A DNA stretch of 62,867 bases, filler included, from Thraustochytrium aureum (Eukaryota), in the NCBI GenBank assembly GCA_012862495.1. It is 5 parts of 3 records of this genome, joined end to end, with 100 filler letters (N's around TTAATTAATTAA, not from the genome) between each part and the next. Parts side by side here need not be neighbours in the genome. Positions count along the whole stretch, not along the records: positions 36,313 to 55,081 come from BLSG01000160.1; positions 55,182 to 61,201 come from BLSG01000162.1; 3 more parts are not named here. The stretch is one strand, 5' to 3'. Under the pieces are notes generated by a model. It saw only the letters and a list, made by a program, of their open reading frames with translations. It was not told where the DNA came from and made no database searches. Of the stretch, positions 43,397 to 55,694 are shown one piece after another; position 1 is the first letter of the stretch, and each line of letters begins with the position of its first letter. A program made the position numbers and the translations under genes.

Positions 43397-44329
43397 CTCG
43401 TTGGTGTTCTGCGCTTGCCTTGCTCTGCTTTGCTCTGCTTTGCTCGGTGTACTTGCGCTGTAGCTACGAGGGCTACACTCCGGCCGTGCAGTTTGCGGTC
43501 TGCCTGCGATCCTTTCGACGTTGCTGACGCCACGAAACCCCAGACGCCCAATGATCTGTCTCTTCGTTTGCGAGCCAGCCATCGAGAATACGGAGCAGAC
43601 TGCTCTGATCAGGAAAAGCTCGCTCGACTCGGACGTTGCCCAGATCTCTTCGTTGTTGCTGCTGCTGCTGCTGCTGCGTCACAGCGTCGGTCAGCTCTCC
43701 ACTCCGAGTCGATGGCTCCGCACGTCCAGAGAGCCATGTTCAGAGACGCTTGTCCAGAGCGCTGGCCAGAGACCTTTGTCCACTTGCACAGGCACGTCCA
43801 GAGGCATGTCCAGAGCCACCAGAAAGCGCGAGGTGTGCGACCTCGGAACGAAAACGATTTCATCGAGTGAACGGGGANNNNNNNNNNNNNNNNNNNNNNN
43901 NNNNNNNNNNNNNNNNNNNNNNNNNNNNNNNNNNNNNNNNNNNNNNNNNNNNNNNNNNNNNNNNNNNNNNNNNNNNNNNNNNNNNNNNNNNNNNNNNNNN
44001 NNNNNNNNNNNNNNNNNNNNNNNNNNNNNNNNNNNNNNNNNNNNNNNNNNNNNNNNNNNNNNNNNNNNNNNNNNNNNNNNNNNNNNNNNNNNNNNNNNNN
44101 NNNNNNNNNNNNNNNNNNNNNNNNNNNNNNNNNNNNNNNNNNNNNNNNNNNNNNNNNNNNNNGCAAACTATTTACTTACCCCGCAAAAGCCTCGCAAACG
44201 CTGCCAAGCGGCCCGCTGCGGCTGGGCCCCACAGGCGCGCGTTCGTCGTGGCTCGCCTCCCCCCAAGAACGATCACGAGGTTGCTTTTGCTTTCATCATC
44301 AGCTAGAGTATACAGCCAGCCAGCAAGCA

Positions 44330-45871
44330 CTACACAGCCTCGGCGACGCAGAGCAAGTATGGGCACGCCTTTGGAATGGACACGACAAGGATAGCGACGC
44401 GCTCGATGAAGTCGTCAAGCAGGATGTCGATCACGCCCTGGCCAAGCTCGACGTTGCCCGAGCGAAACACCTTGACCATGGCGTCGGCATCCGCCACGAC
44501 CTCGGCCACTAGCTCCGCGTTGGTCGCCGCGAAGGCAGCCAAGTCGACGACTGGCTTCGGGCAGAGCGTGGCGTTGAAGTCCGAGCAGCCCATGGCATAG
44601 CCAAAGTCGTCCTGCGCAACATATCGCTGCTCGACGAGGTGGCGAATGACCCCAGCAAAGTCACGGTTCGGGGCGAGCTGCGTGACCACACGGCGCAGGT
44701 AGACGCCGAGGGCGCGCACAGCATCGCCGTGCGAGCCCTTGCTGATCTTGGTGAAGCGCTCTGGAATGGACTCGATCGCCTTGGTAATCCTCGCCACTTC
44801 CCGAACGACCGACTTGCTCCAGGTGTTGAGGCTCATGGAGAACTCTGTGCCATCGCAGGTGAACGCCGCGACACGGTGGCCGAACGCGGGCGGCAGGTAC
44901 AACATGTCGCCCGGTCCGATGTCTGCAACAAGTGCCTGGACGCGGGCCTCTGGTGCAAGACCCTCGGCCACCTCGGTGAGTTCGAGCTGCGACTGGCGGT
45001 CGTTTGGGTGGTCGCGCGGGAACAGCTTGGCCTTGGCCGCCATCTCCACGGGCGGGACCAGCAAGAACCGCTTGCAGCCGCTCACCTGCGCATACATGTT
45101 GTGTGTAAGGTCGTAGTGGAGGCCGGCCACGACGCCCGCCTTGGAGATCCAGAGATTTGTCGAGTAGTCCTCCGCGGTGCCCTTGTTGGCCTCGTCGTCC
45201 ACAACGTACATGAAGAGGCGCGGGGAGACGTCGGCGTCCAGCGGCTCCTTGAGAAAGGTCTGGAACAGGTGGGAAAAGTACATGGGCCGCGGCGCCTTGA
45301 AGAACGCTCGCGAGGTCATGTTTTGGCGCTCGTAGTTGGTGAGCGGGATCACCTCGCCGTCCTTGTCCCACTTGCGCATGAGCAGGCGCTCGTCCTCGTA
45401 CATGAACAACGGGTTGCGGTCGCGCGTCATGCGCACGCGCTTGAACTCGGCCACCTTGCTCTCGATGTAGGCAGGGTTCCACTTGCCAATGGCCTCCCAG
45501 GACGCGACGGGCGAGTTCTTGATGATCATCGGCCGCCGCTCATCGATGTGGGTGAGCTCGGAGAATTCGACCATGTCCACACGGCCTGCGACTTGCATCC
45601 AGTCGGGGACAGCCCATGCGGGGTCCTCCGGCGCCCACCGCTTGTGGCCTTGGAGGTAGCTCGCGAAGAAATCCTCTGCCAGCTCGACGTACGCTGTTGG
45701 GAGCAAATTGTTGCTCCCGCCGCGCAGTGCCGCGAGCGGCACCATCACCGCCGCTGCCGCAGCGACTGCCGCCGCCACGCGCGCCATGCCTCGTTCGCTT
45801 CCGTCGTTGCCCTTGGCGTTTGCCGTCGTCACTCGCTCTTGCCGCTTTCCGTTCGACCCTTTGCTCGCCAT
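44330..45871 (-). CDS. JmjC (cupin-8 type) 2-oxoglutarate/Fe(II) dioxygenase with N-terminal hydrophobic anchor
   Basis: W.AIGKW...Y, NLWIS, GLHYD..HNMYAQVSG.KRF.L.PP, GPGDMLYLPPAFGH.V (HxD...H triad). Confidence 0.9.
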   Translation of the reverse strand: MASKGSNGKRQERVTTANAKGNDGSERGMARVAAAVAAAAAVMVPLAALRGGSNNLLPTAYVELAEDFFASYLQGHKRWAPEDPAWAVPDWMQVAGRVDMVEFSELTHIDERRPMIIKNSPVASWEAIGKWNPAYIESKVAEFKRVRMTRDRNPLFMYEDERLLMRKWDKDGEVIPLTNYERQNMTSRAFFKAPRPMYFSHLFQTFLKEPLDADVSPRLFMYVVDDEANKGTAEDYSTNLWISKAGVVAGLHYDLTHNMYAQVSGCKRFLLVPPVEMAAKAKLFPRDHPNDRQSQLELTEVAEGLAPEARVQALVADIGPGDMLYLPPAFGHRVAAFTCDGTEFSMSLNTWSKSVVREVARITKAIESIPERFTKISKGSHGDAVRALGVYLRRVVTQLAPNRDFAGVIRHLVEQRYVAQDDFGYAMGCSDFNATLCPKPVVDLAAFAATNAELVAEVVADADAMVKVFRSGNVELGQGVIDILLDDFIERVAILVVSIPKACPYLLCVAEAV

Positions 45872-46848
45872 TGGCGCTTCCGCCAACCTCTCTCGCTGGA
45901 CGCGTCGCGCGAAGTGTCGCGCGAAGTGTCGCTCGACGTCGTCCACGTCTGTTTGTGCAGCTTGTGCAGCTTGTGCAGCTGTCGCGTCCGCTTCGGGCTC
46001 GTGCACAAGTAGGCCGTTTGGGGTTTGCCTCCGCCAGCAATCAGTGAGCTCACACAAACCAAAACACGGCAAGCTCGAGTTGATCGAGCGAAGCAGCGGC
46101 AGCAGCAGCACACGGGCAGCGCGCAAGAGCAGCACGGCAGGAGAATCACGATCGCCCTCCCACGTTCACGCCAGTTTCCGNNNNNNNNNNNNNNNNNNNN
46201 NNNNNNNNNNNNNNNNNNNNNNNNNNNNNNNNNNNNNNNNNNNNNNNNNNNNNNNNNNNNNNNNNNNNNNNNNNNNNNNNNNNNNNNNNNNNNNNNNNNN
46301 NNNNNNNNNNNNNNNNNNNNNNNNNNNNNNNNNNNNNNNNNNNNNNNNNNNNNNNNNNNNNNNNNNNNNNNNNNNNNNNNNNNNNNNNNNNNNNNNNNNN
46401 NNTCCCTCTCGCTCCTGCGGCGGCCAAGGTCGCGCACGCCCATCGCGGCAAAATATCCACGGCCAGCCGCGCGCAACGCTGCGCACGCCCATCCTTGCGA
46501 GGGTGCATGCGTGCGTGTGCGTGTGCGTGCATTCTTGCGTGTGTGAGTGCGAGCAAGCGGCGCGTGTACTGGCAGCCTTCCAGGCGATGCCGCATAAACT
46601 CGAGCGCCAGGCGCAGGTCTACCAGTCCACTAGAAAGCCCGACGCCAGGCGGGCAGGCGCGCACAGCCCGTGAATGAGCGATGCTTCGCTGGCCGCGTTC
46701 GCAAGAGGCTGCGGGGCGTGCAAGGCTGCGGGGCGTGCAAGGATGCGCCACGAGGCTGTAGCACGAAAGGTAGAAAGGCACGTTGGCCAGCAGATGTTGG
46801 CCAGGCTCCCTCTCGAGCGCAGGCTCTCTCGAGGGCTCTAGAGCTAGA

Positions 46849-49073
46849 TTAGATGGACAGTCGGGGCTCCTTGGCCCGCGGCAGCGAGGGCGAGGCGGCG
46901 TGGAAGCCGCTGTTGACCTTGAGCACGAGGTCGGCCTCGAAAGTGGCCCGGGAGCGGTGGAGGCGCGCAGGGCCGTCGACGAGAAAGCCGCGGCGCGAAA
47001 ATGCCGTCGAGGGCGGCCCGGACGGGTCAGGGCGCGCGAGGTAGACAGCGGCGAGGCGCGAGAGGGTCGGGAAGATGTGCGCGTTGAGCCGCCACCACTT
47101 GAGCGGGTCGATGTTGGACGAAATGCTGAAGGGGCTGCGGCGGTCAAAGTCGGCCGGCAGCTTGGCGGCGTGAATGTGGCGATACATGGCCGCCCACTTG
47201 ACCGACAGCGCCGCCCAGGCCTCCAGCTCGCTGAGCGCTTCCGGGTCGTCGGATGAGTCGAGCGAGTCGGACTGTTGGGACCTGGAGGCTGCTTCCACGA
47301 CATTCGTCATAAACGAGTCGTGGTGCGGCGGAGGGGGCGGTAGCAACGCTGCCGACCCGTCTCGGGCCGAGGGCGGCGCACTGGAGCTGCGACTCTGCTC
47401 CTCCTGGAACGCGGCGAGCAAGAGGTCGTTGGATCGCGCCCAGAGCGCCGAGCCCCCCTCAACGGTCGCCAGAACGAGCTCCGCCGTGGTGTGGGTGATG
47501 GGGTCGAGCTGCATTGCAATGAGCTGGTCGTCGGTCGGGCCTCGCGCAACGATTTCGCCGAGCACCGCGCATGCGCGCTCCCAGACTTGCCTCGCGAGGT
47601 CTGACATGACTGCCTCGTCCGGCGAAGCGTCTTGTCCGTGCGCAACAAGTCGGACCTGTCGGCGGGGCAGTTCGTTGAAGGCAGTGGAGGCGTGCCAGGG
47701 CCCGGCCTGGAGGTCGACAGTCTCAAAGGTGGACTGCGCCTTGCACGAGTTGGCGCGGAGGAGGCGCAGCCACCCCATGCTTATGGTCGGCTGGTCCCTG
47801 CGCAGTCCCTCGTAGGCATCCGCGATCGGGCGGAGCACGCCCTCGACTTCAGCCACGGCGTCCCAGTCCGCGTCAGACAGCAAGTTGCCCACTTGGCCTT
47901 GCCCCTCCAACAAGTCTACGTCCCTATCTGCGCCAGGCGCCAAAGGGAAAGAGAACCTGGCGCGCAGCAAGGCGGACAGGAGCTCGTGCGGCCCGCAGAT
48001 ACTTGTGCTGAAGAGGTCGACGGCGTTGGCGGACTCCCTGAGTTCGTCAGCGGCGCGGCAGAGCGCCGTGTAAAGCTTGGCNNNNNNNNNNNNNNNNNNN
48101 NNNNNNNNNNNNNNNNNNNNNNNNNNNNNNNNNNNNNNNNNNNNNNNNNNNNNNNNNNNNNNNNNNNNNNNNNNNNNNNNNNNNNNNNNNNNNNNNNNNN
48201 NNNNNNNNNNNNNNNNNNNNNNNNNNNNNNNNNNNNNNNNNNNNNNNNNNNNNNNNNNNNNNNNNNNNNNNNNNNNNNNNNNNNNNNNNNNNNNNNNNNN
48301 NNNNNNNNNNNNNNNNNNNNNNNNNNNNNNNNNNNNNNNNNNNNNNNNNNNNNNNNNNNNNNNNNNNNNNNNNNNNNNNNNNNNNNNNNNNNNNNNNNNN
48401 NNNNNNNNNNNNNNNNNNNNNNNNNNNNNNNNNNNNNNNNNNNNNNNNNNNNNNNNNNNNNNNNNNNNNNNNGCGGGAGCGCTTGAGTTGGCGGGTGCTG
48501 CCCGCCGTCAAGGTCGTCGCCGCCGCCGCCGCCGCCGTCGCCGCCCCAGAATTCCTGCCGGCTTCGGCGGAAGGCAGCGCAGGCGGCGCTGCCGCCGCGC
48601 CCTCCACAGAAGCGTCCTTGTGGTCGCCAGCGCCAGGAGCGAGCGCGGTGGGGTGCGTCCTGAGGTGGGCCCGTGCGTTGCCGGGTTTCGGGTCTGCCGT
48701 TCGCGTGGAGCTGCAGCGAGAGCAGACAAGCGCCCCACTCTTTGCCTTGGTCGATGCAGAGCTGGCACGCGAAGAGGTATATTTTGGTGTGGTCGGGTTT
48801 GCGTCCGAGTTTGGCAAACCCTTCTGGCCGCCTCTGGGGCACACGGAGTCGCCGCATGTGCTCCATCGGGAACCCCGTTCCCACGGGCTCGATTTGGCGC
48901 ATGAGGCTGACTTCGTCCTTGTCCTTGTCGTGGCCTTGCTCCTCGGCCGCGGCTTCGCGGTCTGCGTCGAGCGCTTTCACCACGGCCATGTAGGCGTCGT
49001 AGTCCTCAAACTCTCTGCCCACGAGCTCGTCGAGCGTCACGGGGACGACGCTCGACCCAATCTTGCACGTCAT
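46849..49073 (-). mobile_element. hAT-superfamily transposase-derived gene (BED zinc finger plus C-terminal hAT dimerization domain); central part in gap; frameshift near 48710
   Basis: CQLC...NARAHLRTHP (BED-like), DW..V.EV..VL.P, PTIS, LDP, DPLKWWR..AHIFPTLSRLA..YLA.P. No TIRs or TSD could be identified by eye. Confidence 0.75.
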
Positions 49074-50880
49074 CCTGCGCCCTCGCCAGCCAGCCTTGCC
49101 TTCGCGCCTGCCTTCCCGCCTTCCCGCCTGCCTGCCTGCCTGCCTGCCTCCCGTGCTCCTCGCTTTGAAATGGGCCTGCCTGCATGCACGCACGCCTGCT
49201 GGGCTGGAGCTCGTTGTGGCGGAGGAAAAACCGGCAATAAAACCGATTTCAACCCCCGCGCAGCCATTAAATCCACCCTAACCTCTCGGGCGCAGCCTAA
49301 CCCCGCCCGCTTTCCCGCTTTTGCGGCCCTGGCGCCGTTGCGGCGAGGCGCGCAGCGAGGTGGAATTTGGCTCGCTCGGCTCTCTGAAAGAAGCGGCGCG
49401 CGCAGCACTGGCTGCTTGGCATCGCCAATGGCCCGCAAGCCGTGGGTCGTCGTGGAGTGCCATCCGGGGGCGAAAAACGCCCGCGCCGCATTCCCTGCAC
49501 GGTCCTGAACTTGAAGGTGACTTCCCACGCGGCAGGCAGCACGGACGGTCCGCTCGTCCTTGACCGAGAAGCGCGGCTGGCAGNNNNNNNNNNNNNNNNN
49601 NNNNNNNNNNNNNNNNNNNNNNNNNNNNNNNNNNNNNNNNNNNNNNNNNNNNNNNNNNNNNNNNNNNNNNNNNNNNNNNNNNNNNNNNNNNNNNNNNNNN
49701 NNNNNNNNNNNNNNNNNNNNNNNNNNNNNNNNNNNNNNNNNNNNNNNNNNNNNNNNNNNNNNNNNNNNNNNNNNNNNNNNNNNNNNNNNNNNNNNNNNNN
49801 NNNNNNNNNNNNNNNNNNNNNNNNNNNNNNNNNNNNNNNNNNNNNNNNNNNNNNNNNNNNNNNNNNNNNNNNNNNNNNNNNNNNNNNNNNNNNNNNNNNN
49901 NNNNNNNNNNNNNNNNNNNNNNNNNNNNNNNNNNNNNNNNNNNNNNNNNNNNNNNNNNNNNNNNNNNNNNNNNNNNNNNNNNNNNNNNNNNNNNNNNNNN
50001 NNNNNNNNNNNNNNNNNNNNNNNNNNNNNNNNNNNNNNNNNNNNNNNNNNNNNNNNNNNNNNNNNNNNNNNNNNNNNNNNNNNNNNNNNNNNNNNNNNNN
50101 NNNNNNNNNNNNNNNNNNNNNNNNNNNNNNNNNNNNNNNNNNNNNNNNNNNNNNNNNNNNNNNNNNNNNNNNNNNNNNNNNNNNNNNNNNNNNNNNNNNN
50201 NNNNNNNNNNNNNNNNNNNNNNNNNNNNNNNNNNNNNNNNNNNNNNNNNNNNNNNNNNNNNNNNNNNNNNNNNNNNNNNNNNNNNNNNNNNNNNNNNNNN
50301 NNNNNNNNNNNNNNNNNTTTTGTGAGGCGTTCGCTGCAACTGCGGCGATAGTTTCGCCTCCCTCACGCGGCCGCCAGAGGCAGCGCCGCTCCCTCCTCGC
50401 ACCCCACCGGTCCACCCTCACACGGCGCCCAGGTGTGTGCATTGCAGGTTTGGACGAGTGTGCGTGCAGTTCAGACTGGCAAGCCCGCACCGCCTCACAC
50501 GCCGCCTGAGAGCGCGCTCAGCGGGCTCTTGAGCAGCCGCTTGCGCGCATGTGAGAGCTCGCCCGGCTCTTGAGGCAACTTGCGCAAAGATACGCCTTCG
50601 GCCCTCCTGAAGCGATGTGCTGGCGTGTGGCGCTTGCCTGCTGGACTTGCGTTGAAAAGTTGTTGTTGTTGGTGTCGTTGTGCACTGTGCAACTGCGGAG
50701 TGTACACAGGCATCTTTCTACCTACTAGTAGAGTACGTAGAGTACTCTACCTTGGCTCCTATCTGTCTGTGTGGAGTGGGCCTGTCTGTATCTGTGCAGG
50801 TGGAAGCAAAACAAGGCGCATCCACCGCCCGAGAGCGCGGCAGATCTCAAACGCGACGCGGCAGAGCGAACCGAGGAGCT

Positions 50881-50913
<33 letters not shown>

Positions 50914-51021
50914 AGCGAGGAGCGAGGAGCAGGCGGAGGCCGTCGGCGTTGCTGCTTTTGGGCTTGTCGTTGGCTGCTGCGCGAAGGAGCTAGAGGCCGA
51001 GCGAGCAAGGCGGGAGGCAAG

Positions 51022-52669
51022 ATGCCGCGCCCTTTGACCAAGGCGCCGCAGACCAAGGCGGACGAGGTCAGCGAGTACAAGGCTGATGCTGCGCCGCACT
51101 GGCAATGCGAGGCCGACGCGAAGAAGCCCGTGGTCTACGCCAAGGCGGGCCCTGCCAGCGAGAAGATGACCCCGTCCAACACGCTCATCAAGCTGTTGGA
51201 CGTCGCCGCCAAGAAGAAGGGAGCCAAGGTCGCCATGCGCACCGAAAACATGAACGCGCTCAAGAAGGGCGAGAGCCCGCCCCCGGCGCTCCCCCTGCAA
51301 AAGTGGAAGAGCTGGACCTGGACGCAGTACCGCGAGGAGGTCCGCCTCTGCGCGCGCGGCCTGATCTCGCTCGGCATGGAGCAGCACGACTCCGTCTGCG
51401 TGTTCGGCTTCAACTCCCCCGAGTGGATCCTGGGCCAGATGTCGGCCATCTGCGCCGGTGGCAAGGTGGCCGGGATCTACCCCTCGGACACGAGCGACCA
51501 GGTCCAGTACAAGGCCCACCACGCCGACGCGTGCGCCGCCTTCGTGGAGAACCAGGACTGCCTTGACAAGTTCACGGAGGTCATCGACAGCCTGCCCTAC
51601 CTCAAGGCCATCGTGACCTGGGCCGTGGACGGCGCGAGCGACATCACGCGCTCGGACGGCACCACCGTCAAGGTGATGACCGTGGCCGACCTCATCAAGC
51701 TCGGCAAGTCTGTCGAGGAGAGCGTGCTGGACGAGCGCATCGCCCTGATCGAGCCCGAGCACTGCTGCGCGCTCATCTACACCTCGGGCACCACCGGACG
51801 CCCCAAGGCCGTGATGATCTCGCACGATAACATCGTCTTCGAGGCCCTCAGCGTGCTCCCGCTCACTGGTATCGGCGCTACCGCCGAGGAGGAGCGCATC
51901 ATTTCGTACCTCCCGCTGTCGCACGTGGCTGGCATGCTCTTCGACGTCGTGGCCCCGCTTGTGATCACCGCCTCGCTCAAGGCCTGGGTGAACACCAACT
52001 TTGCGCGCGCCTACGACCTCAAGGCGGGCACGATCGGCCAGCGCCTCGCCGCTGTCGAGCCCACCGTGTTCCTCGGCGTGCCGCGCGTCTGGGAGAAGAT
52101 CGCGGAGAAGCTCCAGGCGATCGGGGCCACCACCAAGGGCCTCAAGAAGAAGCTGAGCACCACGGCCAAGAAGAAGGGCCTGCAGGCCGAGATGAACCAG
52201 CAGATCGGCGGCTCGGGCAAGGCGCCGTTCATGTACGGCGTTTACAGCAAGCTGCTCAAGGTCATCAAGGGCAAGCTCGGACTCAGCAAGGCCAAGTTTG
52301 CCTTTAGCGGTGCTGCGCCCATGACCATGCAGACGCTCTCGTACTTTGGAAGCCTCGGCATCAACGTCAACGAGGTCTACGGCATGTCCGAGTGCACTGG
52401 TGCCACCACGATGAGCACCGACGCCGCCCACCAGTGGGGCACGGTCGGGTTTGAGATCCCGGGCTCGCAGGTCAAGTGCTTCAAGGTCAACGAGGACGGC
52501 TCCAAGACCGAGTGCCCGCGCGCCAAGGACATCCTGCACCCCAGCGAGGCCGAGCAGGGCGAGATCTGCTTCCGCGGCCGCCATGTCATGATCGGCTACA
52601 TGGCCAACCCCAAGCTGGGCGAAGGGCACATGGAGGAGATCCGCAAGAAGAACGCGGAGGCCATCGACG
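51022..52669 (+). CDS. Long-chain acyl-CoA synthetase (bubblegum/ACSBG-like); 3' end in gap
   Basis: GFNSPEW, AMP-binding motif LIYTSGTTGRPKAVMISHDN, SYLPLSHVA, FLGVPRVWEKI, YGMSECTG, GEICFRGRHVMIGY. Strong GC3 codon bias. Confidence 0.95.
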
Positions 52670-53519
52670 NNNNNNNNNNNNNNNNNNNNNNNNNNNNNNN
52701 NNNNNNNNNNNNNNNNNNNNNNNNNNNNNNNNNNNNNNNNNNNNNNNNNNNNNNNNNNNNNNNNNNNNNNNNNNNNNNNNNNNNNNNNNNNNNNNNNNNN
52801 NNNNNNNNNNNNNNNNNNNNNNNNNNNNNNNNNNNNNNNNNNNNNNNNNNNNNNNNNNNNNNNNNNNNNNNNNNNNNNNNNNNNNNNNNNNNNNNNNNNN
52901 NNNNNNNNNNNNNNNNNNNNNNNNNNNNNNNNNNNNNNNNNNNNNNNNNNNNNNNNNNNNNNNNNNNNNNNNNNNNNNNNNNNNNNNNNNNNNNNNNNNN
53001 NNNNNNNNNNNNNNNNNNNNNNNNNNNNNNNNNNNNNNNNNNNNNNNNNNNNNNNNNNNNNNNNNNNNNNNNNNNNNNNNNNNNNNNNNNNNNNNNNNNN
53101 NNNNNNNNNNNNNNNNNNNNNNNNNNNNNNNNNNNNNNNNNNNNNNNNNNNNNNNNNNNNNNNNNNNNNNNNNNNNNNNNNNNNNNNNNNNNNNNNNNNN
53201 NNNNNNNNNNNNNNNNNNNNNNNNNNNNNNNNNNNNNNNNNNNNNNNNNNNNNNNNNNNNNNNNNNNNNNNNNNNNNNNNNNNNNNNNNNNNNNNNNNNN
53301 NNNNNNNNNNNNNNNNNNNNNNNNNNNNNNNNNNNNNNNNNNNNNNNNNNNNNNNNNNNNNNNNNNNNNNGGGGCGGCACGCGAGACCCGTTCGAAAGGT
53401 CGGTCTCGCAAGGCCGGTTTGCGCGGAGCTGGAGGGCGCGCGCCCGAGCGGCCTGCAGTACCACTCCGCAGCGGGCAGACCGGCCTGCGCGGCCTCTGCT
53501 GGGGGGACTAGACGTGCCT

Positions 53520-53521
<2 letters not shown>

Positions 53522-53551
<30 letters not shown>
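53522..53551. repeat. (GGCT)n microsatellite
   Basis: Directly visible. Confidence 0.85.
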
Positions 53552-53554
<3 letters not shown>

Positions 53555-53604
53555 CCGCCGCTGCTGCTGCAGTGCGGTCGGAGCCTGCTGGCGAGCACGC
53601 CGAC

Positions 53605-54282
53605 ATGGGACGCCCAGAAACGCAGGCGGACCAACGCGCCCTCAACGCCGTGCGGCGGACGTACGTCTTTCTCGTGCGGCACGGCGAGACAGACGCCAAC
53701 GCTCAAGGCAGGGTGCAAGGCGCTGGACTTGACCCGTCTCTCAACGCGACTGGACGGGCTCAAGCGGCGCAGCTCGCGCTGGCGCTCGCCGGGGTCGAGT
53801 TTGACGCCGTCGTCTGCTCGCAGCTGCGCCGCGCCAGGGAAACAGCCCAGGCGCTGACGCACCTCGAGCCCGAAGCCCTCGAGGCGATCTCCGAGATGCG
53901 ATACGGGACGTGGGAAGGGGCTCTGCTCCGAGACGTTGCCGGCGAGCTGCGAGGCATCTCGAAGCGCTGGGCCGCTGGCGCGGTCCACGAGCCGTGCCCT
54001 GGCGGCGGCGAGAGCCCTGCCGAAGTCCTCGACAGGGCACTCACAGGGCTCGCCAAGGTTGTTCAAGGCAAGAAGCCTCGCAACCTGCTGTGCGTGTCCC
54101 ACTCGCGACTGAACAAGGTCCTCTTGGCGCATTTGCGTGGCCACGGGATGCGTGCCATGGACCGCGTGCCGCAGTCCAACTGCGGCGTCTCGCTGCTGTC
54201 GTTCGACCATGGTACGGGCCACTTTCAGGTCGAAGCGGTCGATGTCGATCTTTTGCAGGCCTCCCGGGAGTCCAAGCTGTAG
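53605..54282 (+). CDS. Histidine phosphatase (phosphoglycerate mutase family, branch 1)
   Basis: FLVRHGET..N, LNATGRAQA, S.L.RA.ETA, E..YG.WEG, GGES, VSH. Confidence 0.92.
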   Translation: MGRPETQADQRALNAVRRTYVFLVRHGETDANAQGRVQGAGLDPSLNATGRAQAAQLALALAGVEFDAVVCSQLRRARETAQALTHLEPEALEAISEMRYGTWEGALLRDVAGELRGISKRWAAGAVHEPCPGGGESPAEVLDRALTGLAKVVQGKKPRNLLCVSHSRLNKVLLAHLRGHGMRAMDRVPQSNCGVSLLSFDHGTGHFQVEAVDVDLLQASRESKL

Positions 54283-54586
54283 CCAGCGCTGGAGCGGGAA
54301 CCGGCTGTCGAGTCGCTAGCTCAAGAGATGCGAGGAGCGTGCGCTGCACACGCGAGCGACCGCAGCAGTGCGGCCAGGCGGCCTGCAGGGCTACAGTGCG
54401 CAATAGCTCGTCCTGCTCGACGCCTCGGTTTTTGTTTGATCAAGACGGTGCGTGAGCTGTTGGAACACCAAGCCTTTCTTTTTTAATTACTGTTCCGATG
54501 CCCGATGCCCGTCCGCTGTGCCCCTCTCGCGCCAGGCGCGGCGCAGGGGCTTATCGCCTCGCTCACACAACCTCGCAAACAGGATT

Positions 54587-55081
54587 TCAGAAAATGTTGA
54601 GCTTGCGCTTCATGTTCTGGCGGCGCCACTGAGGCAGCGCGTCAAACTCTTGCCGTGCCATCCCGAACGCCTTTTTGAACTCCTTGGCGGACAGGTAGTT
54701 CTCGAGCGCCGTCTTGTCCATGCCCTCGTCGTACTCGCCGAGCTTGTGCATCTTGGCCAGGTCAGCGCACGTGTATGGGTACATGCCCGCCTCTTCCTGG
54801 TCGGGGTCCACTTCCTCCACGACGACAGCGGGCTCGGGCTTGCGCGAGCTCGACTTGTCGGAGCTCGCTTTGCGCGAGCTGGACTTGCGCGAGCTGGACT
54901 TGCGCGAGCTGGACTTGCGCGATTTAGGACTCGGCTCGTCGGACTCGCGCGGCTCGCTCTGCGCAGCCCCGCTGTTCTCGATATCCTCTTCGGAAGCGCT
55001 CTCGCCTTGTGGCTCGGCGGGCTCCTCGGTGATCGTATCGGTGGGCGCCTCGTCAGCTTCCTCCTCGTTCTTGTCCACTTG
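54587..55081 (-). CDS. Villin headpiece domain-containing protein, C-terminal part
   Basis: LENYLS..EF...FGM...EF..LP.WRRQNMKRKLNIF, preceded by an acidic linker with RKSSS repeats. Confidence 0.9.
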   Translation of the reverse strand, partial: QVDKNEEEADEAPTDTITEEPAEPQGESASEEDIENSGAAQSEPRESDEPSPKSRKSSSRKSSSRKSSSRKASSDKSSSRKPEPAVVVEEVDPDQEEAGMYPYTCADLAKMHKLGEYDEGMDKTALENYLSAKEFKKAFGMARQEFDALPQWRRQNMKRKLNIF

Positions 55082-55181
55082 NNNNNNNNNNNNNNNNNNN
55101 NNNNNNNNNNNNNNNNNNNNNNNNNTTAATTAATTAANNNNNNNNNNNNNNNNNNNNNNNNNNNNNNNNNNNNNNNNNNNN
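55082..55181. other. Artificial assembly linker N44-TTAATTAATTAA-N44
   Basis: Same 100-bp spacer. Confidence 0.97.
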
Positions 55182-55694
55182 GAACCCAGATCAGCCGACC
55201 CCCCACGGGGCTGGAAGCCTGCGAAGAACCAAAGGAAACCAGACGACGCAAATTTGACGGATGACAGCTGCACGCAGCTAACACGAGACGGCCATGACGA
55301 ACTTGGTGGTAAACCTTTGCACGTCAGAAGAGTTGGCCCTGGCAACTTCGTCGAGCGAGCCCAAACAATTTAATCGTGGTCAGCCATACCCATTAGAGCG
55401 GAGGCTCTATGTGCTGAAGTGCGTATCGTCCGGCGCAGACAGCGCGGTGAGTGACGTGGCTCCATGCATCGCCGTGGCTGCTACTTGCTCCGGGTCGCGA
55501 AGCGTCGAAGCGGACCGAGCAGAGGCGAAACAAACGCTCAGACCGGCCTCGAGCCGTTCTGCGCCCCGCTGCTGTTGAACCGTGGGCCAGCTTTTCCGCC
55601 CGTGCTTGGATCGCGAGCCGGTCAACAGGGTCCAGAGCAAAGACGCCTGCTGCACTGGTAAGTACCTGTAAACCTTGAGATAACGCGAGCGCAC

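Noticed and set aside
50725..54222. 1165-aa minus-strand ORF and other long antisense ORFs (e.g. 30432-31916, 44639-46012, 32055-33179)
   Set aside because: Antisense shadows of GC3-biased real genes, or read-through of N gaps.
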